Below are positions 1 through 12,990 of a DNA stretch of 64,000 nucleotides, one piece after another. Within the stretch, counting starts at the first letter, position 1. Each line of letters begins with the position of its first letter. The position numbers and the translations under genes were made by a program. Source of the DNA: Tubulanus polymorphus. Taxonomy: Eukaryota > Animalia > Nemertea. The stretch is from the NCBI RefSeq assembly GCF_964204645.1, contig NC_134026.1:5541950-5605949 (forward strand), given 5' to 3'. The notes below the pieces were generated by a model. The model was not told where the DNA came from. It was given only the letters and a program-made list of their open reading frames with translations, and ran no database searches.

Positions 1-429
1 GACTGGAATTTCATTCATAAACCACCTCATTCAAGGCTTTTGCATGTTTACATTTCTTCCTTTTTCTTCATTTCAACCGAGGCAGATTTCGATTTTCACT
101 TTCGCAGGGAGTCGACAATTAAACAGAACTATTTTATCAACTTTCATCATGAGTGTCCCCTATCTTGAATTACCTAGTTCTGAACTCAGTAACCCTGCTA
201 GACTGCCTATTTTAGGATTATAGTAAGTTCAAACCGCAAGCTAACATTTTGGGACTTTTTGATTGTGCTCTTCCAGAAGAAGACCTATCTATCGTCTCTT
301 TAGATTGCCACGTTTGAAAGTTTCTACCAATTTCTCTGTCTTTGTAACACAGCAGAATATTCTGTCTTCCAAAAACGAACAATCAAAAAGGGCCTTGGTT
401 TCACTGATAACTGAACATAGTTAACCTAC

Positions 430-811
430 CTGAAATAACACCTGCCGCAGGCACACTACCATACGGCATTTCTAGTCCCGTAAATTCCATCAATTCCAGA
501 CGCTCCGAATCTTCATCCAGTAATTGTTTAATACGATCTCTTGGCAACACCTTTTTATTCTGTTTAACATGACGTAATTTAGCTTTCTCTCCTCCTCCCT
601 CTTTAACAATCGCAAGCGTTTCCGATATTTTACGTTCATATTTTTGATATTGTTCTACATTTCGTTTAAATGCCTCTTCATTAGCATCAATTTTTCCGTC
701 TAGCACAGGGAATGCAGAACCGCTAAATGCGTTGAGTCTACAGTAATTGGTATAAATCGTTCGCGTCAAGTTTCTGGTACCTCCTACACAGAGTCGAAAC
801 ATCGCTGCCAT
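430..811 (-). CDS. Methylcrotonoyl-CoA carboxylase beta chain-like (MCCC2-like carboxyltransferase), first coding exon; the gene continues left of the window
   Basis: Arg/Thr-rich mitochondrial-type leader, then GGGEKAKLRH...KKVLPRDRIKQLLD...LELMEFTGLEMPYGSVPAAGVISG, the N-terminal signature of biotin-dependent carboxyltransferase beta subunits. The exon ends at a GTAGGT donor (429-424). An AG acceptor at 844-843 implies an upstream non-coding exon. Confidence 0.85.
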
Positions 812-1559
812 CTTAGTTAAATCATTCTCTCAAAACACTGTCCTGTAATTATTACAAATAATAGACAGTGTTGTAGTGTGGTGAGTATGATGAGGCCTAG
901 TTAGTTACCTAATCGATGGTGGTAAGCTTTTTATAATCGGATGAGCTTATACCAACGGTTAGGTGGTTTGTGAAAATATCCGCTCGTGAAACTAAACCAC
1001 AGACAGGTTACTGACTAAATTTAGATAGATGAGGCCAGCACTGTGTGGGATTTGTTATCAGAACAATTCACGATATTCAATTAAGCCACATCTAATTTCA
1101 GGCTAGTTGGTTATTATAGTGGTTGTGGAGGGGTCCTCCTTTTTCAACCAAGACAAGAAGTCTCTTTTTCAATTAAAAATTCAGCTCCCAACAAAATACC
1201 AAAAGACTCATCAGGTGGGATCATCAGGTGGGGCTGGGTAGGACTGACAAGACTTGTTGTCCTTCCGAGGGGAATAGATTTATAATTCGGTTGAGAGTAC
1301 GTATAGTGGTTTTAAAACAAAGATGTTATTACCAGTAATATTATTACCATTTGGGGAATCCGGAAATAAATGTCAAGGAATTCCCTGCTTTTCCGGGTTT
1401 TGTTGCGGCTCACTTCTTTTACTGAAAAAAAAAGATTATTTCTAAATGTAATTTTTTGTAACTTTTATCAATATTTTTTCACAAACATATGGGTTTGACC
1501 AAGAATTATAAGAATAAAATCATTGAATAATAATAGAGAGAGGTTGTTTAGAGTTTGTT

Positions 1560-1600
1560 CGGCGATCGCACGACCGTTAGCTTCCTTCGCGCATGCGCAA
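1560..1600. promoter_or_regulatory. Putative bidirectional promoter of MCCC2-like/STIL with an NRF1-type palindrome
   Basis: GCGCATGCGC at 1589-1598 and GCGATCGC at 1562-1569, in a small CpG-rich patch between two divergent genes. Confidence 0.5.
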
Positions 1601-1954
1601 TAGCCTTAAACGTTTAACCGCGCCACGATTAAACGCCGAAAATCAACGAGTAAATGATATTTAATTGGATAAACCCACGAATAATACAAATATTTGATAT
1701 ATATTGTTTCAGGTGAATATCGTTCATTAATCGTTAAAACGTTTGTTATTGAATAGAGCTAATTTGAAGTTGCCAATGCCAGTAATTAAGAAGCGTCGTC
1801 GTTAATGTTTGAAGTCGAAGAAATTTTAGTCTGTTCACTTACCGTTAACCTCTCCGGCATTCGGTATTTTATTGACATAATTTTTGATTAGTGATGAAAA
1901 AATGTTAAGGAATTGTTTTAATTGTGTCTATTCAGCTAAATGAAGTAATGGAAA

Positions 1955-4900
1955 ATGGCTTCTAGAATACATTCAAGCCAACAAAGGTAAACAAGTTTAA
2001 AAGATAACTTGAAAGTAGAGTAAGAGAGAGATACTTAAAGATCAGATGTCAATCATCCATTCCATCCATCATGATGATTGCTTGGAGCAATTTCTGCAAC
2101 CACATTATATTAATGATCAATTCTTTCTGTTGAAGCAAGTAATGAATTTTAATTATCAATGTGTGGTGTAGAACTTAGGCCTATCAGCTTTGAAATAAAA
2201 GTTGTCAAAACTCATGAATGGAAGTTGTTAATAATTTGGCTTTGACGATGACAATTTTTTGCCTGCCTTGTTTATAGATTGAGATGATATTTGATTTTTA
2301 GGATATCGAGCAGTCGCAATGCGGTAGTTCCGACCAGTTTTCCTATAACTAAATATGCTTTATGGGATCATACGAAACAAGGAAATCCGGTGAACATACA
2401 CGTTTCATATTACCGGTAAGAAAACAGACGGATAGGCCAGTCCGAAGACTTCGTTCCGGGTTGCAGAACCTTCTGTTAGTCAGATCATGTCGTCTTAAGT
2501 CATTCGGCGGACGTGCATTTGAGACATTTGCACCTATAGTGTGGAACACCCTTCCGCAACCTCTCCGTGATATAGACTCTCTGCCAGTATTCAAAGCACA
2601 GCTCAAGACATTTCTGTTCAAGTCATCATCTTCGTCTGGAGAGCGCCTTTGATAATAGTCCTATTAGATAATAGTAGCTATTTACAAGGCGCTATAGAAA
2701 TTTACAATCCTATCCTATCCTATCCTAGGCCATCATTTGCGATGAACCAAAAAGTTATATTTTATTTTCTTCACAATTTCGCAATAATTGTTAGTGCCGT
2801 CGGCCCTAAATATTCGTCTTCAATTTGTAGGAACATTCAGATAGAAGTGACGGAAAATGTGTTTTATATGATTCGACGAAATGCCGATAAATGTGCTAGC
2901 GGTAATATACATTGTTCGCTGACCGGTTCACTGGTGCACGACTCAGGTAAATATCTGAATTACACCGACAGGCTTGTCTTTATATCTCTATGACTCATTA
3001 ATTCCTTGAAAACTCCTTCTAAACCGGAAATGTTTTCAAGGTCCTCAAATATCCTTGAATTTGAGTAAAAGGCCCAAAAGTCCTTGTAAACTGCTTGAAG
3101 TTTATAAGAAATTGGCAATTAAAAATTTTTTAGGTTTTAGGCTAAGTTATACACACAAATTCCACTGAATTGAAATTGTTTACTGACATAGTTTTCTCCT
3201 TGAATTATGGAATAACTGATCTGTAGGGACTGTCGTGGTTCCATATTTCTTCGTAAGAAGCCAAGTTAGTTTCCACTGCTGTTCAGTAATGTGCGTGTAG
3301 TCTGTTTCTTCACTGTTTTTGTAATATTGTAGATGGAGACGGTATTGCGATTATCATCGATCGATTTGAAGCGATGCAAGACGACAGCGGGCTCGGATCG
3401 ATGACGCCCCCGCGTCGTCAAATCTGTGGCGAAATCAACATTCCGTGTTTGGTGAATATTTCTTAAAATCGTTGAGCCGGAGTTTTATACTGACCGAGGA
3501 GGCCAATTTCAAGAAAATCAGGGAATAGGGTTCTTTTCTTTAAAAAAGTCGGGTAGTGGTATGGGAATCATGATTTTAAAAAGCTAGAAAACGGGATGAG
3601 TCAGGGAAAATAGTTGAGATACGGTAGACAGATCATTCATAACTAAAACAGTATTTTAGCTGTTTAAATGTCAGGGAAAAAGCAATCAAATGAGAGCGAC
3701 CAGGCGATATGAATTGAAAATAGTGTCTGGTAGGATCAGGTGACACAATTGCAGTGCTATTTCGCTTTTCTCTTTATGTCCAAGGGTGGCCGTATGCTTT
3801 GTATTCATTTGGTCAATATCGTTAATCTATGGTTGTTTCTGCTAATTTAGGTAACAAAAAATGACGAGCCGATCACCTCTACGCAGGCAGATTTTGTGAC
3901 ATTGATGAAGGTAATTTCAATTTGTTGTTAAATTGAGAACAAGAGTCTTTGAGCATTTCAAACTGCTCATCTATACAATCATCAATTTAGTTGTTAAATT
4001 GTCAGTGGTAATTTTTCATTGCAGTTGTTGCAGCACCAGTGCAGTTGTAATGATAAACTGGATATGAGTAATTTTCTGATAATGAAAGCTATCTGCCGGT
4101 ACCAATTGTCCACTGGTAGTTTGGATTTCGATATCGAACTGATTACGATGGCCACTCAATTTGTCGCGACTCCTATTTCACCGGTACCGTTGGTTTCAAC
4201 GGCTCTTACGAAAAACCTCATGGGTCCAATGAATCTGGGACAAATGCAGGGTGAACCAAAAATGGGGTAAGTTCATAACTAATTTCTAATTGTCCGCTTT
4301 GAATATGTCTCAGCTCACTTTGCACTTAAAGACGACTATTTGCATTCACTTGTTCGTTCATCTGCGAATAGACAGAATCCATTTGTTCTGGGAATTCAAG
4401 ACGAATTTCTTTTTCAAGCTCATTGATTACTGTATTTTACTTAACATATAGTGTTGAATACTGAAATTATCAGATTGTCAAACATTTTACCAAGTGAGCA
4501 CAGTATTCCTAGACTCCTACTATCTCTTACTATCTCTTTTATTTCCTCATTAATCTCATTGCTGTATTAATTATTTCTTGAATGTTTCAGGTACCTCACT
4601 ATGGACCACACAAGAAAGTTGTTACCCATACTTCAATCAGATCCAAAAGTCCAGACCCTTCCTTTAGTCGGGCTGTAAGTATTATTGTTATTAAAATGAT
4701 GTATATTTTCGAAAAGGTGGTCCAAACGATAAAATATTATGATCTTGTATCATTGAATGTAGCATGTGGCACTTGGGCAAATTCATTTTCTCCTACGTCA
4801 AAAATTGTTGAAAAAGATTCCAAGCAACAATGTTGAAAGTATTAATGGCATTCTACTTATTACTTATAACCTAATAAGTCTTAGAATTAGAATGTTAATA

Positions 4901-7900
4901 GAGCGATCTGTTATTTAACACGTGGTTGAATTTTGTTTGCAGCTGGGTGACTGGTATCAAATACGTATATGACCCTTACGTCTGGTGCAGTTGTCTACGT
5001 TACCTTCATAATTATTCCATTCAGGAGCGGTAAGATACATTTCACGCTATATACGTTCACAGTTCTACGTTTTATGTATTTTTTGTCGCTTATATTGTAC
5101 TTGATAAATTATTGTAGAGTTTGTGCTCCTCCGGATCCGTTCGTCGTAGTTGTGTTTTCGTCGTTACACTCGAAACCCGAATTCTACGAATGTTTGCCGG
5201 TGGCGACGAGCGATGAAAACATCGCCGGTAATTTGAAATTTGAATTGAACGCCGCGCATGAAAAAATCAACATAGATAAGGCAAGTGATCGAACGAAGAA
5301 TTATTCATGTTTAAATCATAATTCTGTTTTTCCTCTTATTAAGGTTGTTTTTTTAGGTTCAGGACCCCATATTCAAGATTTATTTCTTGATCTTATATTT
5401 GCAGGATTTTTCACCAGTTGTTTTAGAATTGAATAAAGTTGAACGCGGACCCAGTCAGAAGATGCTTATGACAGCAGCTGATCAGTTGAAATCACTGTAA
5501 GTGGCTCCTGAGTTTTTAGATGGTACTGGTTTTAGTAATTGAAAAGGAATCATTTATTTACTCGGTACCTAAAAGCGGGATCCCTATGACTCCTTATTTC
5601 CTTAAAAACTGCTTCTAAACAGAAAATGCTTTAGAGTTGCTTGAAACTCCTTTTATTTGAGCAAAATGCCCAAAACAACTTGGAGAAATAGGCGATTAGA
5701 AATGTTTGAAGTTGTACAGTTAACTACGCCTACATCGGTAGTCACGATTTGGTGTTTACCTGTTAGGTGTTTACTGACTTAGAAACTGTCTTTAGGTACT
5801 AGTGTTAAGGTTAAAAACTTACTTTTGAAACCACTGAATTAATGTTTTTACCTAGATAAACAGTACCAAATGTCTAAAGTAATTAGGATCTGTGAAAGTG
5901 ATGAAGAGGCTTCGTCAAAATTTGAAATTTCCTCATTTAAAACTCCTTATATCCAGGAATGACTGATCTGTAGGGATTGTATATATTGGTATTGATTGTT
6001 TTTAGGTCGATGAAAGAGTACGAGGTCAACCCAACACCTGAAAAGACGATGTTCGATGAGATAATGCCGAGGCTGACCCCATCTCCACATCAGACTAAGG
6101 TTCGTTAATCGAGAAGTTGGGCGGTAAATTCGGTTTACTTAATAGAACGATAACCACACTCAAATGTGATGAACGGATAATAAGATAAAAACCCACTATC
6201 TACAGATTAAAAGAATTTAAAAACAAGAATTTATTTATTCAATCTAAAATATATGGAATACACGACGTTTCGATCTCACCCTAGAGATCATTGTCAGGGT
6301 GAGATATAGACTAAAAACCGGGGTATATATACAGAGGAGAACAGGTTAATTGAGTAAATTGGTGAGTGAGTAAATAATTTGTGTTTGGCAAGGCATAAAG
6401 TAATAGATTGTTCGGTTTATTTTTTGTGCCAACAGAATTTATGGAATTTCGTGTTTTATTTTCATTCTAGGCTTCGTTGTTTCAATCTCAAGTGCCCGAA
6501 GTTTCCCTTCTCTTCGACGACAATTCTCCATCCGCGAACCACGACCAGGGCGAAAATACTCATAATTCGTGTTTTCCTGAACAGTCGGAGGTGAAAAAAT
6601 TGAAGGAGACTTCGTCGTCAAAATCCGGCAGCGAAATGAAGAAAAGTAACGCGAATTCCAGTAAGAACGCCGGGAAGAAGTCGGCAGCGAAGTCATCGGC
6701 GACGCGAATGCCTCTTAAACCGGTCAATCGCGATTTGACCGCGAATCGTAATCAGCAAACGAAAATACGTTCAAACAGTTTCAGTACGCCGTCGGCCGAC
6801 GAACAGGAGAACATCGACGCGAATTTGAATTACTTCAACGCGAAGAGCAGTTCGCTGGATCGCGTAAACGGCGACGCGTTCTCCGCACAGTATCGGGGAG
6901 CGGAAGATATCCACGCGATGTATCACGGTATGCATCGACCGACTGGTGGTGCTAATGGTGCTTACCACGGCCATCAACTTATGTTCCCCGCACCGCCGCC
7001 ACCTGCGAATCAACCGTATCATCCGAATCCGGGCAGGCAGAGCTTCCCTCCGTGGAACAATAAGATGCCGCCGCCTCATTTAGGTCACCACCCTCAGTAC
7101 CCGCCGAGGTATCCGCCTTATAACGCGCAGGCGCCTCAGCACCAACAACAGCAGCAGCAGAGGTGTTACGGACCCTGTCAACCGACCTGTCGCCATCCGC
7201 ATTTCCAGTATCGGCCTCCAGGTATGGGCTATTCGAATTCTCCGCCTCAGCAGCATTCGGGGCCGGTGTACTCGAACATGCTGCACGAACATCAGCTTAA
7301 TAATGTACCTAAACCCCAGCAACCGGAATATCACTGTCAGAATGCCGGTGAATCGAAGTCAGCAGCAGTGAATGAACTCAAGCAAAAAGATGGAGAGATC
7401 CAATTGGAAGATGATTATAAATCATTGTCTTCCGACGATATGTATAAAAAGCTCATGGCGCAAGACGTTCAGTTGAAACAGTTACAGGATCAGTTGCAGA
7501 AACTTCTAGCCGCGCAGAATTCAAACAGCAACGAGAAAGTCGCGTCTGCCGTCGCTGGTAACTGCGGTAACGAGAGTAGCCGCGATTCGTCGGATATATC
7601 GTTGTCTAAAGCGACGAGCACGTCTACGCCAGTCGCGAAGAAATGCACGATCGCCACGAATACGAGTTTGCTGATCAGCTCGCCGAATCGAATCCAGGCG
7701 TCGGCGACGTATACGAAAAGTCAAAGTATGACTCGTAAAGGCGTCGTTAAATCCAGTAAACAGTTGTCGATGAACGAATACGATAACGACGTGAACGAAC
7801 CGGAAACGAACGTTAAGGTTGGCATGGCGGCGGCAGCTGCAGCGGCTGCGGTCGCCGATAACAGCAGCGTTAACGAGTCGATGTCGTTCAGTATACAGAT

Positions 7901-10900
7901 GACCGCTCTGCAAGATCGCTCGTCGATTGAAAGCGTCGTTTCGGAAATGATCGTTGATATTCCCAGCTACGAGTCGTCGAACTGGTACGTTTTTCACTGA
8001 ACAGTTCGGCCTTCTATCGACGATGAGGCAGGGTTCATAGCCAGTCTTGAAAGTGCTAATTTTTCACAAAGTGCTTCTGAAGTGCTTATTTTTGACTTAT
8101 GGTCTTTTGCATTACAAAAGAGCTTGAAAAGTGCTTGCTTTTGCCTCAGCCTTGCTACTATGAACCGTGAGACGGGACTAAGTGATGAGACAAAACAATT
8201 CATTGAAAGATTGAAAATTACTGAAAGTTATAGAGGACTGAATAAAGGGAAAGTCCATGTACCCAACCTTTTGAGGAAACACTACAAATGACACTTGATA
8301 AGGATCAAGGCCAATGAAATACGGTTTTATACAATTTGAAATAATTTGTATATTTGGTCCCTTTTCAGCACGAATGCAAGCGATAGTCCAGTAATAGAGA
8401 GTGTTAGTATGTATGATGATAGAAGCGTTGCTTCGGTAAGTGAGAATTCAATGTTTTAAAAAGAAAATCTGTTTCCTATATTGAGTTCTCAATCTTTTAT
8501 TTCGTTGAATTATAGATTCCTGATCAAATAATCCCTCAATGCGATGGTAACCAGAATCCTCAGTATTATCAGAATTTATTGGTAAGTTAACCCATTAATA
8601 AAACGCTATATCCATGTTGCGACAATGATATGTAGAGAATCCCATGATAGCGTTGAAAAAAAATGATATTAAGTCCGAAAATGTAAGTAGTTTATCCAAC
8701 TTTTCGACTTCATTCTAATAGTCATCGACTTCAGAAATCAGAATATACGGTAGTTGAAACGCTGGATAAATAAACCAGCGCAAGGAAACATTTTCGGACT
8801 TCATATTGTTTTTCGTTATCATTGCGGGATTCTCTTTAATATTTTTGGTTAGTTTCATCCGAACCCGCTGATGAGTTATACGTTATTTTATTGGATGTAA
8901 CTTGAGAATGATCGCTGATATGATTATATCTTACAGGGTCGTATTAATCAGCTATTGGAAGGCAACCAGATGAATATAACGGCTACTAAATCACCGATCA
9001 AGAGTCCGGTAAAAATCAAATGTGATTCGGTCGTACATCAGGAAAACGAAGTCGCGCTCGCCACGTTTGAACAACTTCGTAAAATGGGAATCGAGTTACC
9101 ATCTGAAAATGGATTGAGGTGAATATCATTCTCTTATTATCAGATCGGGCAATGAGTACCCTTTGAGTGCAGTTCGCACTCTAGATTAAGAGCTCAACGA
9201 CTCCCAAAGATATTGAAATAATAATCTCAAAATTTCTGGTCCATTTTGATTAAACTTTTTGATATATCAGATTGCTCTTAATTTTGATACTTATTACTGT
9301 GATGATGAGATTTAGACTAATTTCGAAACCATTAGGATGAATAAACTTTGGAATTTATAAATTGTGGGAATTGTTCATTAATGACTGTTTTAATGGCGTG
9401 TGAAAACAGTGTGGCCTAATTTGATTATACTAGATTTTTCGCACTCTTTAAGCAGGTATCAGAGAAAAGAACTTTTGAATGTATAAATATGCATCGTTTG
9501 AAGATAATGTCCGCATTAAATCTCTTGATAAATCTAATTAGTTATGTTTTCATGTCAGTCAATTTCCATTTAACTGTTTTCATATCGAATATGTAAAAGC
9601 ATTATTTATCATCATCATCATCATCGTTCCCTTTCGTTCATATTACTTGTAGCATGAATCAAACATACGTCAACGTGGAGACCGCTGTGTTACATAAAAT
9701 CAACTACGTATCGATGTTGTTCGACGAACACTCCGAAACCGATATCAGCATGCAAATGAATTCACTCGCGATGAAATATTTGTCGAAGGAGCAGCAGCAG
9801 CAGCAGCAGCAACAACAACCTAGATCGATAATGAGTTCTGCAGCACCGTCGTGTAATACTGCAGCGCTGCAAAGAGTTCGCAATCCTAGTACAACTTCAC
9901 CTAACGTCACGTTGTACGGAATGTCCGCTAACGATCTGTCATTCGCTTCTCGGAAATATATGGAAAAGTAAGCAGACCTTAGTATATAATATGATATAAG
10001 TATCAGGAGGAACGTGGGTGCTCCCTGAAAAATTGATAGAAATTTAGATATTTGTTAATGAATTGAGGATTGCTTTATATACATGAAGTGACTGATCATT
10101 TTATACTGAAGAAGGGTGGTAGCAACCACTCGAAATATTTCTTATATTTTAGATCAATTCATATTGTGGGATTTAACTCATCGTTTTGTCACGGATATTG
10201 TGATCCATTATTGATTCATCTTAATTTGGTCATGGCTAGTCTGCGATATACCTAATCGGGAGTTATCATCCTTTTCAGGTATGGTTTGATGGATAAGAAA
10301 ACTGAAGGCATCGTTGAAGAAAGCGTCGCTGAGAGTATAACGGTCCTGGATAAAAGTTACCCGGAAAGTGTACCGCTGATGAGGTTACCGGCCGCGCTGA
10401 ATAATAGCGACACCACAATTCAAACTACTGCCGATGATCAAAACGCGAACGACGGCGATACTTTAGTCGATAATGTTAAAACACCGAACGGGCGAAAAAC
10501 TCACAATTCTACGATAACCTCTACCTCTACTGTCAAAACTCTATCCTCTCAACAAACGTCGTCGACGGTGATGTCGGCAAGACCTCTAGAAAAATTTCCG
10601 TTACTGTCCGCGATTAAACCGTCACGAAGACGCGTCGACTCGCTGAACGAGACGGACGGCGGCTCGTCGTCGATGAGAGATAAGTGCGACAGCGTTTGTT
10701 CGAATTCGAACGCGAATTTCCGCGTTAACAACAGCGACGGTTGTATGACGGACATCATCGGCCGGCCGGCGATTAACGAAGCGTTACAGGTCGTCAGCAC
10801 GCCGAAAGATCGTCCCAACAATAACAATACGAGTTTGTACGAGTCGGCGGCGGATACGAATCGGTCCGTCTGCTCCGTATCGCGATACTCGACGTCGTCG

Positions 10901-11116
10901 ACCGCCGCTCCGCCGGAGATCAGTCGCGATAGTCTCGAACCGGCGTCGGCTGTCATCCGCGTATTTGATAAAACGAGCAAAGAACTGGCGAAAAATCCGC
11001 TGCCGATTATCAAAACCGCCGACGTCGTCAAACAAATTCATCCGCCTTTACAGGAAGAACCTCCGAAGCCGATACTCGACATAAATAGACTGAAACAACT
11101 GCCGAAGTTGCTGTGA
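1955..11116 (+). CDS. STIL: SCL/TAL1-interrupting locus protein (centriole duplication factor), ~1394 aa, 17 coding exons
   Basis: Phase-consistent exons: 1955-1986, 2302-2415, 2831-2946, 3333-3451, 3851-3910, 4025-4266, 4591-4674, 4943-5029, 5118-5280, 5405-5496, 6006-6099, 6471-7984, 8369-8435, 8516-8581, 8937-9118, 9653-9967, 10279-11116. STIL motifs: [10 protein letters not shown]...[54 protein letters not shown], the CPAP-binding PRxxPxP (PRLTPSP), a coiled coil ([23 protein letters not shown]), the STAN motif ([14 protein letters not shown]...[15 protein letters not shown]) and the C-terminal [14 protein letters not shown]. Confidence 0.95.
2440..2725 (+). mobile_element. 5'-truncated L2/CR1-clade LINE 3' end in a STIL intron
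   Basis: Encodes a LINE ORF2 C-terminus ([13 protein letters not shown]...[41 protein letters not shown]). It has a 3' UTR stem (AGCGCCTT...AAGGCGCT), an (ATCCT)n tail and a 7-bp TSD TAGGCCA (2433-2439 and 2726-2732). Confidence 0.85.
2990..3232. mobile_element. Non-autonomous DNA transposon/MITE family A; further copies at ~5577-5978 and ~27296-27430
   Basis: The three intronic sites share TCCTTGAAAACTC... and GGAATRACTGATYTGTWGGGA; the 5577 copy has GGGATCCCTA...TAGGGAT ends. Boundaries are approximate. Confidence 0.55.
6225..6345 (-). mobile_element. Penelope-like retroelement remnant with a degenerate minimal hammerhead core
   Basis: The minus strand reads CTGACAA-T-GATCTC-tagggt-GAGATC-GAAACGTC (6297-6264), followed by AATAAATAAA, the layout of Penelope pseudo-LTRs. 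G8 of the CUGANGA core is replaced by A. Confidence 0.55.
8634..8835. mobile_element. Inverted pair of Penelope-like pseudo-LTR fragments in a STIL intron
   Basis: Arms AGAGAATCCC..ATGATA..AAGTCCGAAAATGT and ACATTTTCGGACTT..TATCAT..GGGATTCTCT are reverse complements. Both strands carry AGTYGAAAMGYTGGATAAA, and the minus arm also has CTGAAG...GACT...AGTC-GAAA. Confidence 0.55.
9791..9818 (+). repeat. CAG/CAA repeat encoding poly-Gln within the STIL STAN region
   Basis: (CAG)n(CAA)n encoding [13 protein letters not shown]. Confidence 0.9.
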
Positions 11117-12900
11117 TTCTAAAAACTGCATGATTCAGGCGTCTCTCTGTTGCTCTCTGTACAAGTATTAATTATTTTCTGTCTCAAGGATTTGATGTTT
11201 TCAATATTTATACGTACAGCGTGTCATACTGCAAAAAGTGCTCCCACGATTTTCGCCATATATCTGAACGACGGCTCTTTGGAACAATTTGAGAAATATG
11301 CCGTGTTTCCAGAGAAACTGCTGCAAATCTGAACGTTTCACTTCTTCGAATATTTGCAAGATATAGTGATTCCATTTATTACAGAAGACTGCTCCCATCT
11401 CAATACTTGACTCATGGCTAGTATTGATAGAAATATTCCTGTTTTCTATGATGAAATTATGTATATTTGTTGCCACATTCACCTCATCGGAATTTTTACA
11501 GCTTCGAATAGCGTGTAATTAATATATGGATAATTAAAGAGAGCGTTTTGTTTGAAACGGTTTCTGATATAGTAGATAGCTGATACATACTTCCTCTAAT
11601 CAAAATTATCGTCATTTAAATGAAGACGTGAAATGTACGAATGCAGTATTCGGAAAAATATATAGTCATATCATAGTCCAACACGCAGAACAAGTAGAGA
11701 TACTGGCTGTAGTAGAGACATAGATGTATCCCACTGAACTGGTAGTATTTAACCAGATACAGTCACGGAGTAAAATGTGTAAATAGTGGTAACTGTAGAT
11801 TAGGAATATGATTATTACTAGTCAGATATATCCGATCCCTTTTGATTGACGGTCGATTTTCTATGGAGCTGTGAATATGTTAAAAACCATGACTCGATTG
11901 TTCACCGCAGTATAGTTTTATGCTTAGCCTTGTCAATTAGGTAACGAAACACTTGTTGTTAAACATTTACGAAAGAATCTTCTTATTCTTGAATTAGATT
12001 TTAGTTCACGTTCAAAAAGTTACTTCACTGAGGTCTGATTTAGTTGAGTTAACACGTCGAAGCTGTGCTCGAAAAAAAACTGACTTAAAAGCATTTTACT
12101 GTAATTGTAATTGAGCGCCAAATTTTTTAGTCGTGATTTGTGCCGACTATTTATCTGAAGGTCTACTGTAAGTAAAAAGTATTAAGATTGTGAATAATTA
12201 TCATATTTGATTATCATTAGAGATCATTAATCATTCGAATAGATTTATAGATACGGTTATTGTGAGAATTTGTTTGATTCGACGCCTCTGTGAGGCCGTT
12301 TACATGAAAATATATATATTTATATCTTTATTATGAAGCCTTTGCTGGTTCAAAGGACACATATTTTATATCGAAAGAATATTTAAGATGTTTCGTTTGT
12401 TACTGATTGTAAGATGTCAGTCAATGTTGTGTGTTGTATAAAGACAGTAGTGTGTGTAGATACGTGGGGAGTAGAGATAGATCAACGGCCAATACTTAAA
12501 ACTATATTGAGAAGTCCTGGCACTTTTGAAGCACATTCCATACAGCCAAACGAAATACTGCTCTTTTAATTTAACAGAAGTTTTAAGTGTTTCAGTGATG
12601 AATTAAGTTTAAGATTCGTGTTGTTGAACGTCGATTAGAAAATTCACTGAAAAAAACCGAAATTTTTTTTAGATATATGTATTATGACTTCATCATGAAT
12701 AAAGTTGCAGGTAGTAATTATTTCTTTTTGTTAATTCCGCTGAGACTGGTATTGACCATCCTTTCAATCATCATAAACATATCCAGGAATTTTTTCCATA
12801 CCTAGGACTTAGATTTTTTTCTACCTGTTCGTTGGTGAAAATCTATAATCTGAGCTAAATCATGCTGGAGATAGTGTCTTTCTTATTATGCAGTCAACAG

Positions 12901-12990
12901 GATCCCTAGAAGGTGAAGATCACGATAACCATGATCCCTAGGTGAAAATCGTGATAACCATGATCCCTAGAAGGTGAAGATCACGAGACC
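12901..12990. repeat. Three-copy ~30-bp tandem repeat
   Basis: GATCCCTAG(AAG)GTGAARATCRYGATAACCAT x3, lying between the STIL and MED26 3' ends. Confidence 0.85.

Noticed and set aside
2362-2652. 96-aa ORF as an independent gene
   Set aside because: It is a chance fusion of an alternative frame of STIL exon 2 with the LINE ORF2 tail.
12901-12990. Repeat considered as a CRISPR-like array
   Set aside because: The units are contiguous without unique spacers, and the context is eukaryotic with no cas genes.
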